Assembly (NCBI RefSeq): GCF_000015025.1
Contig: NC_008578.1
Span: 60,001 to 92,000 of the forward strand
Direction: 5' to 3'
Source of the DNA: Acidothermus cellulolyticus 11B
GTDB lineage: Bacteria; Actinomycetota; Actinomycetes; Acidothermales; Acidothermaceae
Length of the DNA stretch: 32,000 nucleotides
The stretch's first letter is position 1; every line of letters starts with the position of its first letter. Below are positions 1 to 7,293 of this stretch, in pieces. Under the pieces are notes generated by a model that saw only the letters and a list, made by a program, of their open reading frames with translations, was not told the DNA's origin and did no database searches. The position numbers and the translations under genes are program-made.

Positions 1-124
1 CTTCCGGTGGGCAGAGATCCAGCCAGACGACGGCGGCCGGATCGGTGACGTAGTCGGAAATGTCCGCCGCCGGAAAATCCTCCTTGGCTAATTTTCCGTC
101 ACGGTACAGGCGGGTGCGTGGCAT
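1..124 (-). CDS. CorA-like Mg2+/Co2+ transporter, N-terminal 41 codons only (gene runs off the left edge)
   Basis: ATG at 124 with GGAGGG 7 nt upstream, 3 nt after the stop of the DUF3817 gene. Translation MPRTRLYRDGKLAKEDFPAADISDYVTDPAAVVWLDLCPPE resembles CorA N-termini from memory. Absent from the ORF track because fewer than 60 codons lie in the window. Confidence 0.4.
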   Translation of the reverse strand, partial: MPRTRLYRDGKLAKEDFPAADISDYVTDPAAVVWLDLCPPE

Positions 125-127
125 CGG

Positions 128-565
128 CTACCCTCCGGACCGGCCCGGCGTGCCGGCCCGCGGCCCCGGACCGTCCGCCGGCGACACCGGGGCAGCGGAA
201 GTCGTCACTGCACCGTGCTGCAGCAGTAACGGCGTTGTCTTCCGCTCGACGACGAAGGACAGGAACGGCACGAATCCCGCGGCGGCCATGAAGAACAACC
301 GAAGAGGTTTCAAGCGATACCGCAGCGTCAGTTCCAGGCAGGTCAGGCAGTAGATGACATAGAGAACTCCGTGTGCGGTGCCAACGTACTTGGCGACGTA
401 CGGGAAATGCGCGAGGTGGTTGAGCGGTACGCCGACGAAGACCAGGATGACGAGGCCGGTTCCGACGATGTAGGCGAGAAGACGGTACCGGCCGAGCGGG
501 GTGGTGACGAATTCCGCCGCGGACATCCGCGGCATCGACTGAGTCTGAGCCGACGGTTCGGTCAT
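128..565 (-). CDS. DUF3817-family integral membrane protein
   Basis: 145-aa track ORF with hydrophobic helices (LLAYIVGTGLVILVFVGVPL, GVLYVIYCLTCLEL, LFFMAAAGFVPFLSFVV) typical of DUF3817. ATGA start/stop overlap (562-565) with the upstream gene. Confidence 0.7.
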   Translation of the reverse strand: MTEPSAQTQSMPRMSAAEFVTTPLGRYRLLAYIVGTGLVILVFVGVPLNHLAHFPYVAKYVGTAHGVLYVIYCLTCLELTLRYRLKPLRLFFMAAAGFVPFLSFVVERKTTPLLLQHGAVTTSAAPVSPADGPGPRAGTPGRSGG

Positions 566-1002
566 CGCCGGGCGTCCGCGCGGGCATTCAGCCGGGCAAG
601 GTAGGCGTTGTACGCGGCAAGTTCCTCGTCGTCCTCCTCATCAGGGGCATTCGGCACGGGGAACATCCACGTGCCGCCGTCCGTGGCGGCCTCCGCCGGC
701 GCCGCCGGTGTGGGTGGATGCCCGGATGGGACTCCAGGCGGCTCACCGGCGCCACCCGCCGGCCTCGGCCGTCGCTCCGGGTGGGCTTCCTCGTACAACA
801 AACGCCACCACCCATAAATCACGATCAGGGCCATCGCCCACCACTGGAACGCGTACAGCGTGTTCTGCAACGAACCGCGAGGGGACACCGACACGTCCCA
901 CTGCCAGTGGCCGAGGAAACAGAAACCCGCCACGATCACGACGAGCAGAAGATGCCGCGGCCACCACCGCGGCCGAAGCGCTGTCCGCAGCACGCTTCTC
1001 AC
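562..1002 (-). CDS. small membrane protein with SURF1-like N-terminal motif and Pro-rich acidic tail
   Basis: Internal GTG at 1002 lies 1 nt after the PP2C stop (TAG 1004-1006), with GAGGG upstream; an in-frame alternative GTG is at 993. RPRWWPRHLLLVVIVAGFCFLGHWQW plus a second TM WWAMALIVIYGWW. The upstream part of the 220-aa track ORF overlaps the PP2C gene and is R/S/P-rich. Confidence 0.55.
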   Translation of the reverse strand: MRSVLRTALRPRWWPRHLLLVVIVAGFCFLGHWQWDVSVSPRGSLQNTLYAFQWWAMALIVIYGWWRLLYEEAHPERRPRPAGGAGEPPGVPSGHPPTPAAPAEAATDGGTWMFPVPNAPDEEDDEELAAYNAYLARLNARADARR

Positions 1003-1003
1003 G

Positions 1004-2260
1004 CTACCCTCGCGGGAGACTCTGGTCGTCGGCTGTCGTGGTGTCGATCCGCCGCTGCACATACAGGACGGCCACGTCGTCGGCCAACGGTCCGCCGTTG
1101 CGATCGGTGACTTCGTCGAGGAGCGTGTCGAGGAGCATCGCGGGTTCGGGGATTCCTTGATATCGCTGGACGAGTTCGACCAGCCCGCGCTCCCCGAGCC
1201 GCGGACCCGTGCCGCCGTCCGCATAACCCTCGATGAGACCGTCGGTGAAACAGAGCAACGACCACGCTGGACCGAGGGTCAACGGCGTCGCCGGAACGTC
1301 CGGGTCGTCGAGAATCCCGAGGGCGACTCCGCCGTCGACGTCGAGCGTCTCGACCCGTCCGTCGCGGAGGACGAGCGGGGCTGGATGGCCGGCGAGATAC
1401 ACCCATCCGTCATGTGCCGTCCGGTCCAGGACGACCATGCACGCGCTGGCGAAGACCTCCTCGCCGTGCCGCTCCCGAAGCAGCAATTCTTGAACGGCGG
1501 GCAGAACGTGATCGGCGTCCAAGCCGGCGAGCACCAGCGCGCGCCAGCCGACCCGTAGGCAGACGCCGAGCGCGGCTTCGTCCGGGCCGTGTCCGGAGAC
1601 GTCGCCGATGAGCAGCCAGACCCGACCGTCGTCCGTCTGGATCGCGTCAAAGAAATCGCCACCCAGCTGGGCGAGCGCCCGGCGTGGGCGGTATCGCGTG
1701 ACGACGGCGAGCGGCGCGTCGCCGAGGAGTGGGACGGGGAGCAGTCCTCGCTGGAGCCGGACATTCTCCCGCTGCCGGGCCTGCGCGGTCTGCAGAGCCC
1801 GCAGAGACGCCTCGGTCCGCTTCCGTTCCGCGGCGTACCGAACCGCCCGCACGAGCAGCGGCGCGTCGATTTCGGTGCGGACGAGGTAATCCTGGGCACC
1901 CGCCGCCATCGCCGTCATTCCACCGTGCTCGTCGCCGTCGTCGGTCAGCACGACCACAGCCACGTCCGGCGCGAAATCGTGGATTTCCCGGACGGCGTCG
2001 AAGCCGTCGATATCGGGCAAGGTGAGATCGAGAATCACGCAGTCGATAGGAACGTCCGCAAGGAAGCGGCGCGCTTCGTGGAACGTCGCGACCCGGCTCA
2101 CCCCCGGGATGGCCGGAGCGAGATAGTCGGCCACCAACGCCGCATTGGCGTCGTCGTCTTCAACGATCAGAATCCGCGGGGAAAGGCGGGCGCTGCTGCT
2201 CGGCGCCGGTCGTCCATCCGGGGCGATCGCTGGGTTGGCGTGACCTGCCGTCGCCGACAC
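1004..2260 (-). CDS. response-regulator receiver domain fused to PP2C/SpoIIE-type Ser/Thr phosphatase
   Basis: Receiver motifs ILIVEDDD, VILDLTLPD, VVVLT followed by PP2C motifs GGDFFD, GDVSGHG, FTDGL, DDVAVL. Start set at in-frame GTG 2260 with GGAGGAG 4 nt upstream. The remaining N-terminal 289 aa of the 707-aa track ORF is R/P-rich and antisense to the sigma gene. Confidence 0.85.
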   Translation of the reverse strand: MSATAGHANPAIAPDGRPAPSSSARLSPRILIVEDDDANAALVADYLAPAIPGVSRVATFHEARRFLADVPIDCVILDLTLPDIDGFDAVREIHDFAPDVAVVVLTDDGDEHGGMTAMAAGAQDYLVRTEIDAPLLVRAVRYAAERKRTEASLRALQTAQARQRENVRLQRGLLPVPLLGDAPLAVVTRYRPRRALAQLGGDFFDAIQTDDGRVWLLIGDVSGHGPDEAALGVCLRVGWRALVLAGLDADHVLPAVQELLLRERHGEEVFASACMVVLDRTAHDGWVYLAGHPAPLVLRDGRVETLDVDGGVALGILDDPDVPATPLTLGPAWSLLCFTDGLIEGYADGGTGPRLGERGLVELVQRYQGIPEPAMLLDTLLDEVTDRNGGPLADDVAVLYVQRRIDTTTADDQSLPRG

Positions 2261-2505
2261 CCGTCTCCTCCCCTGCTGTTGGCTGTAACGGTCGCCTCTC
2301 ACGATAAGTTCCGGTCGCTTGGGGTTTCCCCACGCCGCCGGGCGGAGGCGGCGGCGCGCGGTCGGGCCGGGCGTCCGGCTGGCGGTGACCGGCAGGAGCC
2401 GGCGCGCGGAGTGGGCGCACGGATCCGCCGGAAGGCCAGGCGCGTCGACCCGCCGGAAGGCCGGGAAGGCCGGTGCGGTGATCCCGGCCGTACGGGCGAT
2501 CGGAG

Positions 2506-2533
2506 TGAACCAGAGCCCTGTGGGGGCCGTCTT
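2506..2533 (+). promoter_or_regulatory. putative ECF (SigL-type) autoregulatory promoter: TGAACC-N16-CGTCTT
   Basis: TGAACC at 2506-2511 and CGTCTT at 2528-2533. The -10 element ends 6 nt before ATG 2540, implying a leaderless or near-leaderless sigma transcript. Matches my recollection of the mycobacterial SigL consensus (TGAACC ... CGT). Confidence 0.4.
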
Positions 2534-2539
2534 TTCGGT

Positions 2540-3073
2540 ATGACGCGCGCCGGAGCGGACGAGGCGCTGGTCCGTGCCCTGTACGAGCAGCACGGACGGG
2601 TGCTCTTCGGCTACGTGCTCCGGCTCGTTGACGGCGATCGTGGCCGAGCCGAGGACATCGTGCAGGAAACGATCATCCGTGCGTGGCGCCATCCGGAAGC
2701 CCTCGCCAGGGATCCGCACGCCATCCGGCCATGGCTCTTCACAGTGGCGAGGAACCTCGTCGTCGACGCGCATCGCGCCGTGCGGGCTCGTCCGCCCGAG
2801 GCCGGTCCGGAGGGGCTCGGCGTGGTGGCGGCGGAGGATGACGTAGTCGCCGCCGTCGACCGTGCGCTCGAGGCGTGGCAGGTGGCCGACGCCATCAACG
2901 CGCTCAGCCCGGACCACCGCCGGGTGCTCATCGAGACCTACTACCGCGGCCGATCCGTCGCCGAAGCTGCGGCGGTACTCGGAATTCCCCCGGGAACGGT
3001 GAAATCGCGGACGTACTACGCCCTCCGCGCCCTCCGGCTCATTTTGGAAGAGAGAGGGGTGACCGAACGGTGA
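2540..3073 (+). CDS. ECF RNA polymerase sigma factor (SigL-like)
   Basis: 177 aa from ATG 2540, in frame with track ORF 1589..3073. Region 2 (EDIVQETIIRAWRHPE, WLFTVARNLVVD) and region 4 (GTVKSRTYYALRALRL) motifs. The overall sequence closely resembles mycobacterial SigL from memory. Confidence 0.9.
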   Translation: MTRAGADEALVRALYEQHGRVLFGYVLRLVDGDRGRAEDIVQETIIRAWRHPEALARDPHAIRPWLFTVARNLVVDAHRAVRARPPEAGPEGLGVVAAEDDVVAAVDRALEAWQVADAINALSPDHRRVLIETYYRGRSVAEAAAVLGIPPGTVKSRTYYALRALRLILEERGVTER

Positions 3074-3741
3074 CCCCCGCGTGTGCCGAAATCCGGCTCT
3101 CGCTGGGCAGTTACGTGCTCGGCGCATTGGACCCCGGAGAGCGCGGCCAAGTCGAAGCGCACGTCAGCAGCTGCGCCGACTGTCGTGACGAGCTCGCCTC
3201 GCTTGCCGCGCTCCCCGGCCTGCTCGCCCGGGTGAGCCTGCCGGAGGTGACGGCGACTCCGGCAGACGTGGACGCCGCCTTGCTCCCCCGGTTGCTTGCC
3301 CGGGTCACGGCTGTGCGCCGCCGTCGGCGGGCGAGGTGGCTGATCTCGACTGCTGCCGGGGTCGCCGTCCTTGCCGCTGTGATCAGCGGAGTTGTCGTGG
3401 TCGCTCACCCGGGACCGTCAAGCGGAATCGTCGCGCGTGGCTGGGATCCGGCTACCGGGATCACCGCTGCGGTGAACGAGTGGCCTCGCGCCTGGGGCAC
3501 TGCGCTGCAGATTCAGCTCTCCGGTGAGACGACCGGCGCGTACGACGGGCGCTGCCAGCTCATCGTGATCGGCACGGACGGCCGTCGGGAGGTGGCGGCA
3601 AGCTGGACGGCGACCCCGTCCGGGCACATCGTTGCCGCCGGTGCCACGAGCATGCGCCCGGCGGAGATCGCGTCATTTCACGTGGTGCGCTCCGACGGCA
3701 CCGTGCTGGTCGCTGTTACCCCGCCGGCTGCGGCCCGTTGA
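3070..3741 (+). CDS. membrane-anchored zinc-binding (ZAS, HxxxCxxC) anti-sigma factor
   Basis: GTG 3070 overlaps the sigma stop (GTGA). HVSSCADC is the HxxxCxxC motif. Single TM WLISTAAGVAVLAAVISGVVVV followed by an extracytoplasmic domain. Confidence 0.8.
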   Translation: MTPACAEIRLSLGSYVLGALDPGERGQVEAHVSSCADCRDELASLAALPGLLARVSLPEVTATPADVDAALLPRLLARVTAVRRRRRARWLISTAAGVAVLAAVISGVVVVAHPGPSSGIVARGWDPATGITAAVNEWPRAWGTALQIQLSGETTGAYDGRCQLIVIGTDGRREVAASWTATPSGHIVAAGATSMRPAEIASFHVVRSDGTVLVAVTPPAAAR

Positions 3742-3785
3742 GCACGCGCTCGGCGACTCGGCCGTTGTCGCGTGCGCGGGCGGAC

Positions 3786-3861
3786 CCATGACGGCGCGTC
3801 GGCGTCCATGACGGGACGTGCGCGAGCGCGCCCATGACCGGTAGCATCGGAGCCATGACGG
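3786..3861 (+). repeat. four dispersed copies of CCATGACGG (one CCATGACCG)
   Basis: Copies start at 3786, 3806, 3832 and 3853 (spacing 20/26/21 nt). Each contains an ATG, and successive mini-ORFs are linked by ATGA start/stop overlaps. Confidence 0.8.
3842..3847 (+). promoter_or_regulatory. putative -10 hexamer (TAGCAT, TANNNT class) for a leaderless transcript starting at ATG 3855
   Basis: The hexamer ends 7 nt upstream of ATG 3855. This is the typical geometry for actinobacterial leaderless mRNAs. Confidence 0.4.
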
Positions 3862-3941
3862 CGGCGGTCGAACTCGTTCTCATCAAGCGGCGTACGGTCG
3901 ACCTCTGCCGGGTGGCCAGCTGTTTGTGTCCAGCCTGCTAG
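3855..3941 (+). CDS. leaderless Cys-rich short ORF (28 aa; 35 aa if from ATG 3834), candidate cysteine-responsive attenuator peptide
   Basis: Translation MTAAVELVLIKRRTVDLCRVASCLCPAC, stop TAG 3939-3941. Four Cys codons fall among the last 11 codons (TGC, TGT, TGT, TGC). Located upstream of the rhodanese/DUF1416 operon. Below the track cutoff. Confidence 0.45.
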   Translation: MTAAVELVLIKRRTVDLCRVASCLCPAC

Positions 3942-3942
3942 T

Positions 3943-3972
3943 CCGCGAGATCACGCGTGCCTGTGCTCGCGG
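3943..3972 (+). promoter_or_regulatory. hairpin immediately after the Cys-rich sORF (possible attenuator/terminator stem)
   Basis: CCGCGAG (3943-3949), a 16-nt loop, CTCGCGG (3966-3972), followed by TGGTTTCC. It starts 2 nt after the sORF stop. Confidence 0.3.
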
Positions 3973-4132
3973 TGGTTTCCTAGCTTGCCGCCAGCCAATG
4001 GAGGGACACCGATGATCCCGCTGACCCTCGCGGACCGTTCCGGGTCGCCGCGCATGCCGGGGCGTCCGCTTTCCGCCCAGCCCGCAGTCGGGACTGGATT
4101 CCGAAGGCGGGTCGTATTCATGTCCACAACAA

Positions 4133-4176
4133 GCCGTGTCTCTAGGTAAAGCAATACGCCGTGTCGCTAGGTAAAG
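4133..4176 (+). repeat. 19-nt direct repeat GCCGTGTC(T/G)CTAGGTAAAG x2, period 25 nt
   Basis: Copies at 4133-4151 and 4158-4176. The second copy runs into the rhodanese SD (AAAGGAG). Confidence 0.8.
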
Positions 4177-4186
4177 GAGCATTCGC

Positions 4187-5026
4187 ATGAGCAGACAGCA
4201 GGTACTCGTCGACGCCGATTGGGTCGAGGCGCATCTCAACGATCCGAACGTCGTCGTCGTCGAAGTCGATGAAGACACGTCGGCGTACGACAAAGGCCAC
4301 ATTCGTAACGCCGTCAAACTGGACTGGAAGAAAGACCTGCAGGACCCGGTCCGCCGGGACTTCGTCGACAAGGCGGCGTTCGAACGGTTGATGTCCGAGC
4401 GTGGAATTTCCAACGACCACACCGTCGTGCTGTACGGCGGCAACAACAATTGGTTCGCCGCTTATGCGTACTGGTACTTCAAGCTGTACGGTCATCGGGA
4501 TGTGAAACTGCTCGACGGCGGCCGTAAGAAGTGGGAGCTGGAGAGCCGGGAATTGACCCAGGAGGTTCCGGTCCGGCCGCGCACCACCTACGTGGCAAAG
4601 GATCCGGACACCTCGATCCGCGCCTTCCGCGACGAAGTGGTGAACTCGATCGGCAAACTCAACATCATTGACGTGCGGTCACCGGATGAATTCAGTGGCA
4701 AGCTGCTCGCACCCGCGCATCTGCCGCAGGAATCCGCCCAACGCCCGGGGCATGTGCCGACAGCGAAGAATGTGCCGTGGAGCAAGGCGGCGAACGACGA
4801 CGGCACGTTCAAGTCGGACGAGGAGCTGCGCAAGCTCTACGCCGAAGCAGGCGTCGATTTCAGCAAGGACACCATCGCCTACTGCCGGATCGGCGAACGG
4901 AGCGCGCACACCTGGTTCGTTCTGCACGAGCTGCTCGACCAGCCGAACGTGAAGAACTACGACGGCTCCTGGACCGAGTACGGCTCGCTGGTCGGCGTCC
5001 CCATCGAGCTGGGGAGCGGGTCCTGA
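4187..5026 (+). CDS. thiosulfate sulfurtransferase, tandem rhodanese domains (mycobacterial CysA2/CysA3-like)
   Basis: 279-aa track ORF with active-site loop CRIGERS. AAAGGAG SD upstream of ATG 4187. Followed by the characteristic DUF1416 partner. Confidence 0.9.
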   Translation: MSRQQVLVDADWVEAHLNDPNVVVVEVDEDTSAYDKGHIRNAVKLDWKKDLQDPVRRDFVDKAAFERLMSERGISNDHTVVLYGGNNNWFAAYAYWYFKLYGHRDVKLLDGGRKKWELESRELTQEVPVRPRTTYVAKDPDTSIRAFRDEVVNSIGKLNIIDVRSPDEFSGKLLAPAHLPQESAQRPGHVPTAKNVPWSKAANDDGTFKSDEELRKLYAEAGVDFSKDTIAYCRIGERSAHTWFVLHELLDQPNVKNYDGSWTEYGSLVGVPIELGSGS

Positions 5027-5316
5027 TGTGCGGTGCGCTGACGGATTTGCCGACTGAAGTGGACGCCGGCAAGCAAGCGGTCATTCAAGGGGTGGTCCGC
5101 CGCGGCGACGCACCCGTCCACGGCTACGTGCGGCTTTTGAACGCGGACGGCGAATTCGTGGCTGAGGTGCCCACCTCCGCGACCGGTGCTTTTCGGTTTT
5201 ATGCCGCGCCGGGGACGTGGACCGTTCGGGTTCTGGTGCCGGGCGCGACGGCTGACCGCGAGGTCCAGGCCGACCTCGGCGTCGTGACAAACGTCGAGGT
5301 GGAGCTCCCCGCCTGA
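5026..5316 (+). CDS. DUF1416 domain protein (SseC2-like rhodanese partner)
   Basis: ATG 5026 shares one base with the rhodanese stop (TGATG). 96 aa, MCGALTDLPTEVDAGKQAVIQGVV...RFYAAPGTWTVRVLVPG, a transthyretin-like pattern typical of DUF1416. Confidence 0.8.
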   Translation: MCGALTDLPTEVDAGKQAVIQGVVRRGDAPVHGYVRLLNADGEFVAEVPTSATGAFRFYAAPGTWTVRVLVPGATADREVQADLGVVTNVEVELPA

Positions 5317-5327
5317 CACGATCCATC

Positions 5328-5372
5328 CGGGCCGGGGAGAACAGCCCGGTGGCGTCGTTCCCCCGGCCCGGC
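5328..5372 (+). terminator. GC-rich hairpin downstream of the rhodanese/DUF1416 operon
   Basis: Perfect 11-bp arms CCGGGCCGGGG / CCCCGGCCCGG with a 23-nt loop, 12 nt after the stop. No U-tract. Confidence 0.35.
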
Positions 5373-5773
5373 TAGGCCTCGGCGCGTCCGGGGCCCGTCT
5401 GGACTACGCGTCCGTCATCGGCCATTCAGCGGCGCTCCGCGTCGGCACCGCCGGATCCGGTCTACGCCGGCGCGGCGCGGTCCGTCGGCTGATCGGGTGG
5501 TTTCTGGATCGCACTCTCAAGGTCATCGCCGGACAGTTCTTGATGCGGCAAGCGGTGCAATCCGCCGTCCGCTTGTCGGCGGGCGAAAATTGCGGAGCGG
5601 GTGCCGATCGATAGAGCGTGAGTACCGTAACTGAGCCGCGCGGCGTGGAGCCCATGCAATTACTGGCGCATGGCTTGCCGCTCTCCTTGCTGTGGGATTT
5701 GGTTGACCCTGCCGGCCCGGCGAGCGAAGAATTGCTGGAGAACGAGACGTGACGGGTTTGCCGACGCCGGCCC

Positions 5774-5779
5774 TAGACT
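5774..5779 (+). promoter_or_regulatory. putative -10 hexamer (TAGACT) giving a leaderless Fur-family transcript
   Basis: A TANNNT hexamer ending 6 nt before GTG 5786. No SD is present. Confidence 0.4.
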
Positions 5780-5785
5780 GACCCT

Positions 5786-6238
5786 GTGCCCAAGGGGAGT
5801 TCTGACCGTCCGTCGACGCGCAGCGCCCAGTGGCAAGGCCGGTTGCGGTCGAAGGGTTATCGGCTCACCCCGCAGCGCCGGCTCGTGCTCGAGGCCGTCG
5901 CGGCACTTCGGCACGCCACCCCCGAAGAGATCATCAATTACGTGCGCGAGGTCGCCAGCGGCGTGAACATGTCCACCGTGTACCGCACGCTCGACCTTCT
6001 CGAGGAACTCTCCTTGGTGACCCACACGCACCTCGGCCACGGCGCGCCCACCTACCACGTCGCGGAGGATGCCGGGCATGTGCACCTCGTCTGCAGCAGC
6101 TGCGGCGCCGTCACCGAGGTCGGGTCCGAGGTTGTCCAATCACTGATCCAGCGATTGGACGACGAGCATGGATTTGCCGCAGACGTTCATCATTTCGCCA
6201 TCTTCGGGCGGTGTTCGACATGTCGGAGTACGACATGA
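5786..6238 (+). CDS. Fur-family metalloregulator (resembles Streptomyces Nur-type; metal specificity not inferable)
   Basis: 150 aa with GYRLTPQRRLVLEAV winged-helix, STVYRTLDLLEE, HTHLGHGAPTYH, and CSSC...CSTC structural Zn site. Confidence 0.85.
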   Translation: MPKGSSDRPSTRSAQWQGRLRSKGYRLTPQRRLVLEAVAALRHATPEEIINYVREVASGVNMSTVYRTLDLLEELSLVTHTHLGHGAPTYHVAEDAGHVHLVCSSCGAVTEVGSEVVQSLIQRLDDEHGFAADVHHFAIFGRCSTCRSTT

Positions 6239-7293
6239 GCGCGGTTCGCAGTCCGCTTCTCGATATGCCGGGCGCCGTACCCGCATCTGAACCGGATCAG
6301 GCGGTGGCTGGGCACTACGGCGACCCGCTGGGTGAGCAGCGCCTGCTCGCATCGGGCGATGGGTTCGTCGACCTGTCGCATCGCGGGGTCGTGCAGATCA
6401 GCGGGCCGGACCGCTTGCGGTGGCTGAATGATCTGACGACGCAGCGTCTCATCGACCTGCCGGCTCAGACGGGCACCGAGACTCTGGTGCTCAGCCCCAA
6501 CGGTCACGTCGAGCATCACCTCATGCTCGTCGACGACGGCACGACGACGTGGGTGCACGTCGAGCCCGGTACGGCCGGTGGTCTGGTGGATTTCCTTTCG
6601 TCGATGCGGTTTCTGCTCCGGGTTGAGGCGCGTGACGTCACGGACGACTGGGCCGTGGTGTGGCAACCGGTCGATCAGCCGCACCCGGAATTCCCGACGC
6701 GGGTCGACCCTCGAGCCGACGCCCTGCACGGCCGCGAGCTCTTCATACCGAGAAAGCAGTTCCCGGCGGTCATCGCCGATTTCGGCCGGCCGGCAGGAAT
6801 TGCGGCGTGGAATGCGCTGCGTATTGAGGCCGGACGCCCGCGGTTCGGTGTCGACACGGACCACCGTTCGATTCCGCATGAGCTGGGCTGGATCGGTTTT
6901 GCCGTGCATCTGAACAAGGGGTGCTACCGCGGCCAAGAGACCGTCGCTCACGTCGCAAATCTCGGCCGCCCGCCGCGGCGACTCGTGCGGCTGCACCTGG
7001 ACGGCAGCGTCCGCGAGCAATTGCCCGCGAAGGGCGCGCAGGTTCTCGTCGCCGGCACGGTCGCCGGCCATCTCACTTCAGCGGCGTATCACCATGAGCT
7101 CGGGCCGATCGCGCTTGCTCTCGTCCGGTACGCGGTGGACGACAGTGCCGCCGCTATTGTCCGCGATGCCGACGGTACGGATCGTGCGGCGACGATCGAA
7201 CCGATCGTGCGAAAAGAGACCGAGCCGCCGCCGGGCCAGCGTGCCCGGATGACGTTGCGCGCCGGGCTCAGTCGACGTCCAGCACAAGAGTGA
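6235..7293 (+). CDS. ygfZ: YgfZ/CAF17-family folate-binding protein (GcvT-like fold)
   Basis: KGCYRGQE signature and GcvT-like N-terminal region. Start taken at ATG 6235 (ATGA overlap with the Fur stop); ATG 6220 is an in-frame alternative. The upstream part of the 487-aa track ORF overlaps the Fur gene. Confidence 0.8.
   Translation: MSAVRSPLLDMPGAVPASEPDQAVAGHYGDPLGEQRLLASGDGFVDLSHRGVVQISGPDRLRWLNDLTTQRLIDLPAQTGTETLVLSPNGHVEHHLMLVDDGTTTWVHVEPGTAGGLVDFLSSMRFLLRVEARDVTDDWAVVWQPVDQPHPEFPTRVDPRADALHGRELFIPRKQFPAVIADFGRPAGIAAWNALRIEAGRPRFGVDTDHRSIPHELGWIGFAVHLNKGCYRGQETVAHVANLGRPPRRLVRLHLDGSVREQLPAKGAQVLVAGTVAGHLTSAAYHHELGPIALALVRYAVDDSAAAIVRDADGTDRAATIEPIVRKETEPPPGQRARMTLRAGLSRRPAQE

Noticed and set aside
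1589-2539. N-terminal 317 codons of the 494-aa track ORF containing the ECF sigma
   Set aside because: This part is antisense to the well-supported receiver-PP2C gene and is R/P/G-rich. Sigma homology begins only at ATG 2540, which also fits the ECF promoter geometry.
2261-3127. N-terminal 289 codons of the 707-aa PP2C track ORF
   Set aside because: It is antisense to the sigma gene and the divergent spacer, with Arg/Pro-rich composition. Receiver homology starts just after GTG 2260, which has a GGAGGAG SD.
3883-4186. SAM-IV or other sulfur-related riboswitch upstream of the rhodanese gene
   Set aside because: I could not recognise the conserved SAM-I/IV core helices or junction sequences by eye. 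The Cys-rich sORF explanation fits better. Only a covariance-model scan could settle it.
5462-5659. 65-aa TTG-start minus-strand ORF (and overlapping 83-aa ORF 5404-5655)
   Set aside because: Third-position GC is mediocre (~68% by my count). There is no ATG/GTG start, no SD, and no recognisable family.
5830-6219. Upstream extension of the ygfZ track ORF (487 aa)
   Set aside because: It overlaps the Fur-family gene in another frame. YgfZ-like sequence starts at ATG 6220/6235.
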